This document shows, one piece after another, positions 1 through 9,640 of a DNA stretch of 64,000 nucleotides. Location: the NCBI GenBank assembly GCA_963666985.2, contig CAXXIA010000001.1, positions 608,001 through 672,000 on the forward strand, given 5' to 3'. Position 1 is the first letter of the stretch. Every line of letters starts with the position of its first letter. The notes under the pieces were generated by a model that had not been told where the DNA came from, ran no database searches, and saw nothing but the letters and a program-made list of their open reading frames with translations. The stretch is from Spirochaetia bacterium. GTDB lineage: Bacteria > Spirochaetota > Spirochaetia > DSM-2461. The position numbers and the translations under genes are program-made.

Positions 1-1377
1 GTCGGCGTGAAGACTGATGAAGAGAGTTCCCTTGTTTTTATCTTCAAAGGGGATTCTTCGAATGGTTCTCGACGCCACGGTTTTCCGCATATCCAATCCG
101 TCGGCTGTTCCTACAGGCCTCCAGCCGGGACCGGCATTGTGCCGCCGGTCGTTATAGACTTCATTTTTCTTATTTACAAAGGTTTGCTGTGCATTGATGC
201 CGTTTCGAATCGTATGATCCGGAGCCAGAGTGGTGAGAGAAACCGACGCTCCGTGACGGGTTAGGATGCGATAAAGTCTTAAGGCGATATCGTAGGCGTA
301 TTCGTCTTCGGTTACCACCACGGGATTCCCGTTCCCGTCGTTAACCGAGACGATGGCGCCCGGATCCAGTCCGCCGTGACCGGGATCGAGAACGATGTGC
401 AGGCCTCGAAGTTCATTGCCCAATGCCGGAAGTTCGGCGATTTCGGCTCTGAAGGCGGCATAGATTTTTCGTCCTCTCTCATAATCCTCAAGGACTGAAG
501 AATCGGATTCTTCCCAGTAGCTGATATTCGGCTGAAAGGTTTTATCCGGTGATGAGTAGTAATATTCTCCGCAGCGGGGCGGAAAATCATCGGAGAACGC
601 GGCATTTGAGCGAACGGATTCCTTCGGTTCGGAAAGGGATGTTGCGGCCGCTTCCACGGCGGCCAGTTCCACATGAGTGATGGAGGCGGCATCGGACGGC
701 GGATCGATTCCCGGATAAAGAACAAGAATCTCTCCGGGATGGATCGTTCCTTTATCGGGAAGAGCGTTCCATAAAGCGAGGTCGGCTACGGGAATGCCGT
801 ATTTATCGGAGAGAGACCAGAGAGATTCTCCGGGTTTTACCGTATGTCCTTCGGGTCTCGGAGCCTGAATCGCAAGAAGCTGCCCGATACGGATGGAATC
901 GCCTTCGATTCCATTGTAGAGAGCCAGTTTCTCAGGCGATGTTTCAAATCTCGCGGCGATTTTCGTCAAATTGTCCCCGGAGCGAACACGGTAATATCCT
1001 TTGGGAACGGGCGGAGGAATCAGAAGACGCATTCCGATGGCTAAAGCATCGTTTTTAAGATCGTTCGCCGCGATGATTTCCTCCATGGGAACGCTGAACT
1101 CAAAGGAAAGAGCGGAAAGCGTGTCTCCCGGACGGACTGATATTTCCATGGCGCCGCCGGTGGGGATTTCAAGAATCTGTCCGGGTTTGATGACATCATC
1201 GTTCAAAGCGTTGGCCCTGAGGAGTCTTTCGAGGGAAACATTGTATTTCAGTGCAAGACCGTACAGGGTGTCCGAGGGTTCAACCGTATAGCTGAGAGCT
1301 TCCGATGGAATTGTACGGACGGCCAGCAGAGTCAGCATGAAAAGCGTGAAGGTGATATTTCGATATCGGAACGACAC
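1..1377 (-). CDS. LysM-repeat N-acetylmuramoyl-L-alanine amidase (Amidase_3), runs off the left edge
   Basis: Not in the ORF track; translated by hand from GTG at 1377 (GGGAGG upstream). It has a signal-like N-terminus, four LysM-like repeats (YTVEPSDTLYGLA, SVRPGDTLSALS, YRVRSGDNLTKIA, HTVKPGESLWSLS), then the amidase motifs IVLDPGHGGLDPGA, TEDEYAYDIA and FISLHAD at the window edge. Confidence 0.9.
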   Translation of the reverse strand, partial: MSFRYRNITFTLFMLTLLAVRTIPSEALSYTVEPSDTLYGLALKYNVSLERLLRANALNDDVIKPGQILEIPTGGAMEISVRPGDTLSALSFEFSVPMEEIIAANDLKNDALAIGMRLLIPPPVPKGYYRVRSGDNLTKIAARFETSPEKLALYNGIEGDSIRIGQLLAIQAPRPEGHTVKPGESLWSLSDKYGIPVADLALWNALPDKGTIHPGEILVLYPGIDPPSDAASITHVELAAVEAAATSLSEPKESVRSNAAFSDDFPPRCGEYYYSSPDKTFQPNISYWEESDSSVLEDYERGRKIYAAFRAEIAELPALGNELRGLHIVLDPGHGGLDPGAIVSVNDGNGNPVVVTEDEYAYDIALRLYRILTRHGASVSLTTLAPDHTIRNGINAQQTFVNKKNEVYNDRRHNAGPGWRPVGTADGLDMRKTVASRTIRRIPFEDKNKGTLFISLHAD

Positions 1378-1483
1378 ATAAGCCTCCCAGTCGTGTCATT
1401 TCCTTTATCGATTGAAGAAGGGGAGGATTTAAGGAAAATCGTATTCGTTAAGTCGTAAAAAAGAGCCGCCGGACGCTTGGGAA

Positions 1484-2041
1484 TCAGTCGCCGCGGGTAT
1501 AAAACGCCAGCATGGAACGTCCGTAATTTCTTACGTCGAAGCGGTGAAGGCTTCCGATTACATCGGGAAGCGTTTCTTCCGAAGGATAATGAATCATCAG
1601 AGTGCCGCCCGGCGAAGGCTGGCCCGCCTTTTCCGCCAAAATAAGCAGGTTCTCCTTATTCTTCATCGGAAAAGGCGGATCGAGGTGCACCGTTTCGTAG
1701 CGCTCCATTCCCGGGCGGAGAAATCGTTCCGCCGGACGGATAATGACGCGGACGGCATCTTTCGTTACGGCTTGGGGCGAATTAAAGGCGATCGACAGAT
1801 TCTCCATGATGGTCCGCCGTTTCCCGCCGTCTTTTTCCACAAGGACGGCCCCCTCGGCTCCGCGGCTCAGAGCTTCCAGGGCGACGACGCCTGATCCGGA
1901 GAACAAATCCAGGAATCGTGTTCCTTCCAGATTCCCTAAGATTGAAAACATCGACTCGCGCATCCGGTCCATGGCGGGCCGGATTTCTCCCGGAGGACAT
2001 TTCACCGTTCGTCCGCGGTATTTCCCTCCCGTAATCCTCAT
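1484..2041 (-). CDS. rsmD: 16S rRNA m2G966 methyltransferase RsmD
   Basis: MRITGGKYRGR, LDLFSGSG and LDPPF motifs. Confidence 0.95.
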   Translation of the reverse strand: MRITGGKYRGRTVKCPPGEIRPAMDRMRESMFSILGNLEGTRFLDLFSGSGVVALEALSRGAEGAVLVEKDGGKRRTIMENLSIAFNSPQAVTKDAVRVIIRPAERFLRPGMERYETVHLDPPFPMKNKENLLILAEKAGQPSPGGTLMIHYPSEETLPDVIGSLHRFDVRNYGRSMLAFYTRGD

Positions 2042-2120
2042 ATGGCGGTTCCTTTCAGGTTTAAGCCCCGTCGAACAACGAACAAAACGTTCCTCTCGCG
2101 GTTATGTTTATCACCGAGTT

Positions 2121-4193
2121 TCATCCCGTACTCACCAAATCCTCATCAAAGGGCGGGCAGATCTCCCACAGCTCTCTTAAATTCCGCACACCCGATCCGA
2201 GCAGCCCCGGATCGGCTTTAAGCGTTTCGCGAACCTTATCTCTGGCTTTCAGCATTACGTTAAGATCGGCTACGGGATCGGCGATGGCGAGTTTGAGAAA
2301 TCCCGACTGCCGTGTGCCCGCCATGTCTCCCGGTCCTCTCATTTTCAGATCTTCCTCGGCCAATAAAAAACCGTCGGATGTTTCCTTCATGGCTTTCATC
2401 CGCCGTTTTCCATCGTCGGTTAAAGGCTCGGCATAAACGAGGAAGCAATAGGATTGTTCGCTTCCACGGCCCACACGGCCTCTGAGCTGATGCAGGGCCG
2501 AAAGTCCGAAGCGTTCGGCGTGTTCTATCACCATGCATGTGGCTTCGGGAACATCCACTCCCACTTCCACAACGCTGGTTGCCACCAGAAGGTCCAATCC
2601 GCCGTCGCGGAAATCCTTCATGATCCGTCTTTTCTCATCCTCGTCGATTCTCGAATGGATGAGCGCGGTTTTGAATTCGGGGAAGACTTGGGTTGAGAGC
2701 CTCCCGTACATGTTCTCGGCGTCTTTCAGGTTCGATTTCTCCGATTCTTCAATCAGAGGATACACGAAATACGCTCTGTTGCCGGAAGCCAGCTCTCTTC
2801 GGACGAAATCGTAGACTTTGTGTTCATTCCCCATGCGCGCCAGATGAGTTTCCACCGGACGCCGTCCGGCGGGCATGGTTTTGATGGATGATGTTTCCAT
2901 GTCTCCGAAGGCGGTAAGGGCCAATGTGCGCGGGATGGGAGTGGCCGAAAGGGCCAGAACGTCGACCGAATCGCCCTTGGAGGTGAGGGCGCGCCTTTGC
3001 TCCACGCCGAATCGGTGCTGTTCGTCCACAATCGCCAGTTCCAGTTTCTTGAATTGAACATCGGAACCGAAAAGGGCGTGGGTGCCGACGGCAAGATCCA
3101 CCGAACCTTCATTGATGGCATTGGTGAGCGATCTCCTGACGGCGCCCGATACATCACCGGTCAGAAAGGCGACTTTTACTCCCAGCGGTTCCAGAAGCCG
3201 GGCGGCGTTATCGGCATGCTGGCGCACCAGAAGTTCCGTGGGGGCCATGAACGCCGCCTGTCCTCCCGCGCCGATAACGCCCAGCGCGGCCAGAAACGCG
3301 ACGAGCGTTTTTCCGGAACCCACCTCTCCCTGAATGAGTCTCATCATGGATTTCCCGGCGTTTCTGTCGCTTCGGATATCATCAAGAGCACCGATCTGAT
3401 CGGAGGTAAGTTCGAAGGGCAGGTTTCTCAGAAGACGATCAATGAGGGATTCGTCCCAGATTTTTTTATTCTCAAGAGGTTTTCCGTTTAAATTCCGCCG
3501 CGCTACGGCGAACTGCAGATGAAAGAGTTCTTCGAAAATCAAAGCCCGCCGTGCCGTATCCGCATCGGAGGCTTCATTCGGGAAATGAATGGAAGAAAGG
3601 CAAGCGGATTTCCCGGGGAATGAAAAATCATGCATAAGGTCCGCCGGGAGTTCGTCTCTAATCCCCACGGCGTAGGAATCCAGCGCGGACCTAACGGCTT
3701 TGCGCAGGAGTCCCTGAGTCAGACTGCCGCCCAGAGGATAAATCGGCAGAATCCGGCCGAAATCCCGAGACTCCGCGTTTTCACCGTAGAGTTCAAAGAC
3801 AAAGGTGCCGGACTGAAGTTCTCCGAATTGATTCCGTTCAAAAGGACCGGTAAGGCGGATCTTTTTTCCCGGGGTGAGTTTGCCCGCCAGGGAATTTCGC
3901 CCGTAGCAGAGAAGAGACGCCTGATCGGAATCGTCGGCCACAATCACCTTGAGCGCCATTCCCTTTTTCCAATGGAAGGTTTCGTGACGAATCACCTCGG
4001 CGACGGTAACGGCCGGATGCGAGGAGGAAGAAAGAGAAAGCGGGACGGGATTTTTACGATCCTCGTATCGGTGCGGATAATGCTTCAGAAGCTGGGAGAC
4101 ATTGAACACTCCGAGGGCGGAAAGACTTTTCGCCGCCGCCGGGCCGACGCCGTCGAGGTTGGTAACAGGATGTGTCAGTTCTCCCAGAAACAT
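2121..4193 (-). CDS. recG: ATP-dependent DNA helicase RecG
   Basis: QGEVGSGKT, DEQHRFGVEQR, SATPIPRTL, HQLRGRVGRG and EEDLKMRGPGD motifs. Confidence 0.97.
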   Translation of the reverse strand: MFLGELTHPVTNLDGVGPAAAKSLSALGVFNVSQLLKHYPHRYEDRKNPVPLSLSSSSHPAVTVAEVIRHETFHWKKGMALKVIVADDSDQASLLCYGRNSLAGKLTPGKKIRLTGPFERNQFGELQSGTFVFELYGENAESRDFGRILPIYPLGGSLTQGLLRKAVRSALDSYAVGIRDELPADLMHDFSFPGKSACLSSIHFPNEASDADTARRALIFEELFHLQFAVARRNLNGKPLENKKIWDESLIDRLLRNLPFELTSDQIGALDDIRSDRNAGKSMMRLIQGEVGSGKTLVAFLAALGVIGAGGQAAFMAPTELLVRQHADNAARLLEPLGVKVAFLTGDVSGAVRRSLTNAINEGSVDLAVGTHALFGSDVQFKKLELAIVDEQHRFGVEQRRALTSKGDSVDVLALSATPIPRTLALTAFGDMETSSIKTMPAGRRPVETHLARMGNEHKVYDFVRRELASGNRAYFVYPLIEESEKSNLKDAENMYGRLSTQVFPEFKTALIHSRIDEDEKRRIMKDFRDGGLDLLVATSVVEVGVDVPEATCMVIEHAERFGLSALHQLRGRVGRGSEQSYCFLVYAEPLTDDGKRRMKAMKETSDGFLLAEEDLKMRGPGDMAGTRQSGFLKLAIADPVADLNVMLKARDKVRETLKADPGLLGSGVRNLRELWEICPPFDEDLVSTG

Positions 4194-4206
4194 GAAGCCG
4201 ATTCGA

Positions 4207-4800
4207 TCATATTTTCATCAGTATCGGATAGAGGTAGCGCATGAGCGCCCAGCCGACAAGGAGGCGGAGAATAATAAGAACGGCCGCGCAAACGGCCAGT
4301 GCAACGGGATAGGCTACCGTTTTGTTCGTGAATACTCCCAGAATCCTTGAAACACGGGGGAAGAGGAAGGCATCCAAACGATCAATCCATGTCGGACGTC
4401 CCTTTACGGTATAGAGCGTTACCAGACGGACGAGCATGATGACGGCGAAAAACATGACCAGGAACGCAACGATTCCCCAAACCATCTGGATAATCAGCAG
4501 GATAAGACTGCCGACGGTCGGAATACTTCCCGCCGAAAGACTTTGAGTCAGGTATAAGAAGAAACTTAAAATCGCGAGTCCCAGAATCGGCGAAAAATCG
4601 AGCATTCCGAAGCGAAGCCAGGAAATGTTTCGGAAGCGGTTCATGTACGGATCGGTGAGCCGGGCGATAAAGGCTTTGATTTTCTGTGTGCCTTCGGTTG
4701 ACGTGGGAACCCAGCTGAGAATAACCCTCACCATGATAATAAAGAAATACACCATCAGCAGGGCGCTGACGACACGCATTGTCAATTGAAAAAAGTCCAT
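4207..4800 (-). CDS. yggT: YggT family membrane protein
   Basis: RVILSWVP...LTDPYM...LDFSPIL YGGT motif; hydrophobic. Confidence 0.85.
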   Translation of the reverse strand: MDFFQLTMRVVSALLMVYFFIIMVRVILSWVPTSTEGTQKIKAFIARLTDPYMNRFRNISWLRFGMLDFSPILGLAILSFFLYLTQSLSAGSIPTVGSLILLIIQMVWGIVAFLVMFFAVIMLVRLVTLYTVKGRPTWIDRLDAFLFPRVSRILGVFTNKTVAYPVALAVCAAVLIILRLLVGWALMRYLYPILMKI

Positions 4801-4803
4801 ATT

Positions 4804-7800
4804 CTATTCCTTCCACGCCGCGGCCACGGCGCTTTTTTCTTTGATTCTTTCCAAAACGAAATCGTCCACAGCCAGTCCCAGCTGGTTCGAGGCTTTTATA
4901 ACGACTCGCTTTCCATTATCCGGAATGTGCAGAAACAAAGCACCGGGACCCGGAACATCCTGAAAGAAAGAACGTAAATCGATGAGTTCCTCTTCACTGA
5001 GCTCCATGTCCGCCAGTTCAACATGAACCTCCGGAGCATTCAAGGTTTTTAGTTCTTCCGGAGCTTTAATTTCTTCAACTTTAATTTGAGGATTATCTCG
5101 GCTGAGATCAACCTTGCCCGTAACTCCCACGATGGCGTCCTCAACCAGAAGATGTCCGAATTTTTCATATGTTCGGGCAAAAATCGTCAGTTCCACGGTC
5201 CCGTTGAAATCTTCAAGAACGGCGAAGGCCATCCTGTCACCCTTGCGGGTAATCAGGGTTCTCACATCTTTAATCAGGCCCAGGATTGTATACGGTTTAT
5301 CGGTGGATGAGCGTTCGATTTTCCTAATGTCCAAATTGACGGTCTTCTCCCATACGGATCTGTAGGAATCCAGGGGATGGCCGGAAACATAGAATCCCAG
5401 GTGTTCTTTTTCCAGCCGCAGAAGTTCGGCGTCGCTCCATCCTTCCACGTTTTCCCAATCAATTTCAACTTCGAGTTCTTCGGAGGCATCCTCGAACAGA
5501 GAGGTTTGTCCGACGGCCTCATCTTCCTTCTTTTTCAGGGCCGATTCGAGAACTTTATCAAGGTTGTGGAGAAGAACCGCACGGTTTCGGGATTCAATGG
5601 AGTCGAACAGACCCGCTTGGATGCAGGTTTCCAGAACCTTTCTGTTTGCCGCTTTGATATCGATTTTATCCAGGAAGTCCGGTAAATCGGTGAAGAGTCC
5701 TTTCTTTTCACGGGCCGAAATAACCGCATCGGCGGCGGCCTGTCCCATCCCGCGGATTCCCATCAGACCGTAAACAACCTTGCCGTCGGATACGGTGAAG
5801 TTGCGCTCGGAGATATTGATGTCCGGCGGAAGAATATCGATGCCTTGAGACCGGGTTATGGAGAGATACCCTTTCAGTTTGTCGGTATCGTTGATTTCAT
5901 TCGTTAAGTTGGCCGCCCAGAATTCCGCCGGATAATTCGCTTTGCAGAACGCGGTCTTGTAGGCCACCACCGCGTAGGCGGCCGCGTGAGATTTATTGAA
6001 TCCGTAGCCGGCGAAGGGTTTGAGCATTTCGAAAATATCTTTGGCCAGTTTTCTGCCGTAGCCTTTTTCCTCGGCTCCATTAAGAAAGTCGACCTCCATC
6101 TTGGCCATCTCTTTTTCTTTTTTCTTACCCATGGCCCGCCTGAGGATATCCGCTTTACCCAGGCTGAATCCCCCGATGATTTGAGCGACCTTCATAACCT
6201 GTTCCTGATAGACGATAACGCCATAGGTCGGTTTAAGAACTTCTTCAAGATCCGGATGAGGATAAGAGATTTTTCTTTTGCCGTTTTTTGATTCGACGAA
6301 TTGAGGGATGAACTGCATGGGACCCGGCCGATAGAGGGAGACCAAGGCGATTAAGTCTTCAATGCTCGAAGGCTTCGCGTCCTTAAGAATCTTCTGCATC
6401 CCCTGGCTTTCAAATTGGAATACGGCTTCGCTATGTCCTTTCCCAAGCATCTCGAAGGTGGCTTTATCATCTTCCGGGATGGATTCCAGATCAAATTCGG
6501 GTGTGTGTTTGCGAATAAGACGTTCGCAGTTTTTCAGAAGCGTCAGCGTCTTCAGACCCAAAAAGTCCATCTTGACCAGTCCGCAGTCCTCGATGATGTC
6601 CATGGTGAACGCGGTGATAACGTCGCCCGATTTCTGATCTTTAATCAGGGGAACATAGTCGGTAAGAACGCTTCGTCCGATAACCTTTCCGCAGGCATGT
6701 GTCGAAACATGGCGGTTCATTCCCTCCAGAACGGCGGCGATGTCGAAAAGTTCCTTATAGGTCCCGCCTCGGTCGTAGTATTCTTTGAGCTTGGGTTCCA
6801 CTTCCAGCGCCACGCTGACGTTTATTTTCCGTCCGTCGGGAGTTTTCCCCTCGGGAACAAGCTTTGTAATGGCGTTGGATTCGCTGAAAGGAACATCGAG
6901 AACCCGAGCGACATCTTTGAGAACGGCTTTGGTTTTGAGCGTTCCGAAAGTGCAGATACCCGCGACATTGTCGTGTCCGTATTTATCGTGAACGTAGTCG
7001 ATAACCTCGCCGCGTCTTTCGAAGCAGAAGTCGATGTCGAAGTCGGGCATGCTGACCCGTTCGGGATTGAGGAAGCGTTCGAAAAGAAGTTCATACTTTA
7101 AAGGATCGATGTCGGTAATTTTCAAAGCATAGGCGACGATGCTGCCCGCACCGGAACCTCGGCCGGGACCGACGGGAATGTCGTGGCGCCTGGCCCAGTC
7201 GATAAAATCCCAAACAATAAGGAAATAGCCTTCATATCCCATTTGAAAGAGAACGCTGAGTTCGAAATCGGCGCGCCGGCGAATGGCTTCCCATTCGGTT
7301 CCGTTTTCATCCGATGCCTCGGGGTATCGGTTTTTAAGACCTAAAGCCGTTAAGTGGCGGAGATAGGCCTCCGGATCGGCGAACTGCTCGGGAATCTCGT
7401 AATGGGGCAGAAGCGGGCCGGGCTGCGGGATGGTCAGATCGCATCGTTCCGCGAGTTTTACGGTGTTTTCAATCGCATCGGGAAATTCGGGGAACAGCTC
7501 CCGCATTTCTTCTTCGGTTTTAAAGTAGAATTCGGGATTTTCCGTTTTAAGCCTTTTTTGATCCGATTTCTTTTTGCCCGTGGAAATGCAGATAAGAACG
7601 TCTTGCGCGGAAGCATGATTTTTTTCCAGGAAGTGGATGTCGTTTGTGGCGATGATGGGAATCCCCGTTTCTTCGCCGAGCCGCCGCATTCCTTTACGGA
7701 CAACCTCTTCTTCGGGAATCCCGTGATTCATTACTTCCAGCCAGAAATCCCCTTCACCGAAAAGTTCCTTGTAAAAGAGGGCCTTTGATTTTGCTTTTTC

Positions 7801-8256
7801 CCAATCACCCGTAAGGATGGCCTGCGGAATCTCACCGGCGAGACAGGCGGCCGAACACATAAGTCCGGCATGGTAGGTTTTCAGCAGTTCGTCGTCGATG
7901 CGGGGTCTGTAATAGAAGCCTTCGAGATATCCCTTGGAGGTAAGAATCGTCAGATTCCGGTAGCCTTCTTCGTCTTTTGCGTAGAGGACCATATGGTAGT
8001 TTGTCTTCGTTGCGGATGAGGATTTTACGAAACGGCTTCCGGGGGCCACGTAGACTTCGCATCCGACAACGGGATTGATGCCCGCCGCATGACAGGCCTG
8101 TTCGAAGCGAAGCGCGCCGAACAGATTCCCGTGGTCGGTGAGGGCCAGATGTTTCATTCCGAGTGATACGGCTTTGCCGACATAGTCCTCAATACGGCAT
8201 GCGCCGTCGAGAAGCGAGTAATCGGAATGATTATGCAGATGGACGAAGCCGCTCAT
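4804..8256 (-). CDS. dnaE: DNA polymerase III alpha subunit
   Basis: FVHLHNHSDYSLLDGA PHP domain, GRGSGAGS, MPDFDIDF, GFNKSHAAAY and a C-terminal OB fold; 1150 aa. Confidence 0.98.
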   Translation of the reverse strand: MSGFVHLHNHSDYSLLDGACRIEDYVGKAVSLGMKHLALTDHGNLFGALRFEQACHAAGINPVVGCEVYVAPGSRFVKSSSATKTNYHMVLYAKDEEGYRNLTILTSKGYLEGFYYRPRIDDELLKTYHAGLMCSAACLAGEIPQAILTGDWEKAKSKALFYKELFGEGDFWLEVMNHGIPEEEVVRKGMRRLGEETGIPIIATNDIHFLEKNHASAQDVLICISTGKKKSDQKRLKTENPEFYFKTEEEMRELFPEFPDAIENTVKLAERCDLTIPQPGPLLPHYEIPEQFADPEAYLRHLTALGLKNRYPEASDENGTEWEAIRRRADFELSVLFQMGYEGYFLIVWDFIDWARRHDIPVGPGRGSGAGSIVAYALKITDIDPLKYELLFERFLNPERVSMPDFDIDFCFERRGEVIDYVHDKYGHDNVAGICTFGTLKTKAVLKDVARVLDVPFSESNAITKLVPEGKTPDGRKINVSVALEVEPKLKEYYDRGGTYKELFDIAAVLEGMNRHVSTHACGKVIGRSVLTDYVPLIKDQKSGDVITAFTMDIIEDCGLVKMDFLGLKTLTLLKNCERLIRKHTPEFDLESIPEDDKATFEMLGKGHSEAVFQFESQGMQKILKDAKPSSIEDLIALVSLYRPGPMQFIPQFVESKNGKRKISYPHPDLEEVLKPTYGVIVYQEQVMKVAQIIGGFSLGKADILRRAMGKKKEKEMAKMEVDFLNGAEEKGYGRKLAKDIFEMLKPFAGYGFNKSHAAAYAVVAYKTAFCKANYPAEFWAANLTNEINDTDKLKGYLSITRSQGIDILPPDINISERNFTVSDGKVVYGLMGIRGMGQAAADAVISAREKKGLFTDLPDFLDKIDIKAANRKVLETCIQAGLFDSIESRNRAVLLHNLDKVLESALKKKEDEAVGQTSLFEDASEELEVEIDWENVEGWSDAELLRLEKEHLGFYVSGHPLDSYRSVWEKTVNLDIRKIERSSTDKPYTILGLIKDVRTLITRKGDRMAFAVLEDFNGTVELTIFARTYEKFGHLLVEDAIVGVTGKVDLSRDNPQIKVEEIKAPEELKTLNAPEVHVELADMELSEEELIDLRSFFQDVPGPGALFLHIPDNGKRVVIKASNQLGLAVDDFVLERIKEKSAVAAAWKE

Positions 8257-8298
8257 GTTTTTCTCCCGGGATTATGATATGCGGGCACCGGCATTCTG

Positions 8299-9171
8299 TC
8301 ACCCTGCGGCATTTCGCAAAAACGCTCTGGCCAGGTTTTTCGACGCTCTTCGAGTGTATGCGTCCATTCCGGCTCCCGCGGATGTCGATTCAACCAAATC
8401 ATCAACGAAGTCCAGTTCCTTCAATGTCATGGGCAGCTGTTTCCCCGCAAGGGCTATTTCCAGTTCACGGTCTCTGATAATGATATTTCGACTGTCCGAG
8501 AGAGCCATTCTCCATTCGATGAGTATACCCTTCTCAATCCTTGCGACAGCCGTGAAAATAAATTTTTCTTTGTGATCCGAATCGGGGAAAATCTTGTGAT
8601 AAACACCGTAATTCCAATTCCTGACGGGAATTATAATTTTTGTAAGAATTTCTCCTGCGCGGAGTCCCGTTTCGGTATCGAGGCGGGATAACGAAAGTTT
8701 TCTCGTTGAGGGAAGAGGTTTTCTGCGGCCTTTCCGTTCCCTCAGGAAACGGGTTTCCACAACCGCGTCCAAAATATGCAGCAAGGCCCTCAGGTCGGCC
8801 GATTTTGAGCTGTTTGCAAGATGACCGCCTAAGGTGGCACGGCAGCGGAGAGGTCTGTTGCCGATGCTTGCCAGAGCGTCCGGAAGAGCCGCGGGCAGAG
8901 CGCTTCGGCCTATGGAGGCTATCCGGTCCAGACTCATCATGGAGCCTATCTCCAGGTTGAATTCCGATCGGGAAGCTCGGGCAAGTTCTTCAATCATGCC
9001 GAGGGAGATAAGACTCCTCGGAAGTTCGATCAGCCTTCTCTGTCCCGTTGATTTGGCGATGCTCGTTCCTCCGGCCCAAAAAACGGCATTGGGCTCCGAG
9101 AGAGTCAGTTCGAGTGCTTCATTAATGGTCCGGGGAAAAAAGACCCTCGGAGCCGAAGATTTATCGATCAT
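8299..9171 (-). CDS. FAD-binding subunit of a xanthine dehydrogenase/CoxM-like complex
   Basis: FFPRTINEAL, WAGGT and RCRATLGGHL match FAD_binding_5 motifs. Start moved to ATG 9171, which overlaps the upstream gene. Confidence 0.8.
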   Translation of the reverse strand: MIDKSSAPRVFFPRTINEALELTLSEPNAVFWAGGTSIAKSTGQRRLIELPRSLISLGMIEELARASRSEFNLEIGSMMSLDRIASIGRSALPAALPDALASIGNRPLRCRATLGGHLANSSKSADLRALLHILDAVVETRFLRERKGRRKPLPSTRKLSLSRLDTETGLRAGEILTKIIIPVRNWNYGVYHKIFPDSDHKEKFIFTAVARIEKGILIEWRMALSDSRNIIIRDRELEIALAGKQLPMTLKELDFVDDLVESTSAGAGMDAYTRRASKNLARAFLRNAAG

Positions 9172-9640
9172 CGAGCCGCCTTTCCCTGAGTCTGGCCGAT
9201 CGGATGATACCGTCAAGAATACGGGCGGTGGAGCTGCAGCCGCATCGGACCGATTCCGCCGAGGTTCGAATTTGTTCCGCCGTCGGTCTGACCGTTTTTC
9301 TCAGAAGCGCCTCGGTCGCCAGAGCTCTGGCCGGAGCGCATTTTGCGCAGAGCTGCACACGGGCCGCTTTAAATCCTTCTACGATATCCGTAAAACCCTT
9401 GGAGGAGGAGAGACCTTCCATGGTCCAAATGTTTCGAAAACGGAGTTCAAAGGCCGGAAGAATGCAGGAGTGCACCGGAGAATCATCCATAAGAATAAGG
9501 CAGGCGCCGCAAAAAGCATCATCACATCGGAATCGAAGCGAGCGGCATTGAAATTCATCGCGGAGGAAATCAACGGCTCTTCTGTTGGGAGGAACATCCG
9601 CTTCCACGGAATCTCCGTTCAGATAGAACGATATAATCAT
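9161..9640 (-). CDS. 2x[2Fe-2S] small subunit (CoxS/XdhC-like)
   Basis: C-x4-C-x2-C-x11-C (CDDAFCGAC...SC) plus CAKC...CGC; all eight cysteines are present. Confidence 0.88.
   Translation of the reverse strand: MIISFYLNGDSVEADVPPNRRAVDFLRDEFQCRSLRFRCDDAFCGACLILMDDSPVHSCILPAFELRFRNIWTMEGLSSSKGFTDIVEGFKAARVQLCAKCAPARALATEALLRKTVRPTAEQIRTSAESVRCGCSSTARILDGIIRSARLRERRLDDR

Noticed and set aside
7..1291. Short ORF-track calls at the left edge
   Set aside because: They are shadows of the minus-strand LysM-amidase gene (1-1377).
4804..8256. Intein in DnaE
   Set aside because: The length is normal and there are no splice-junction or homing-endonuclease motifs.
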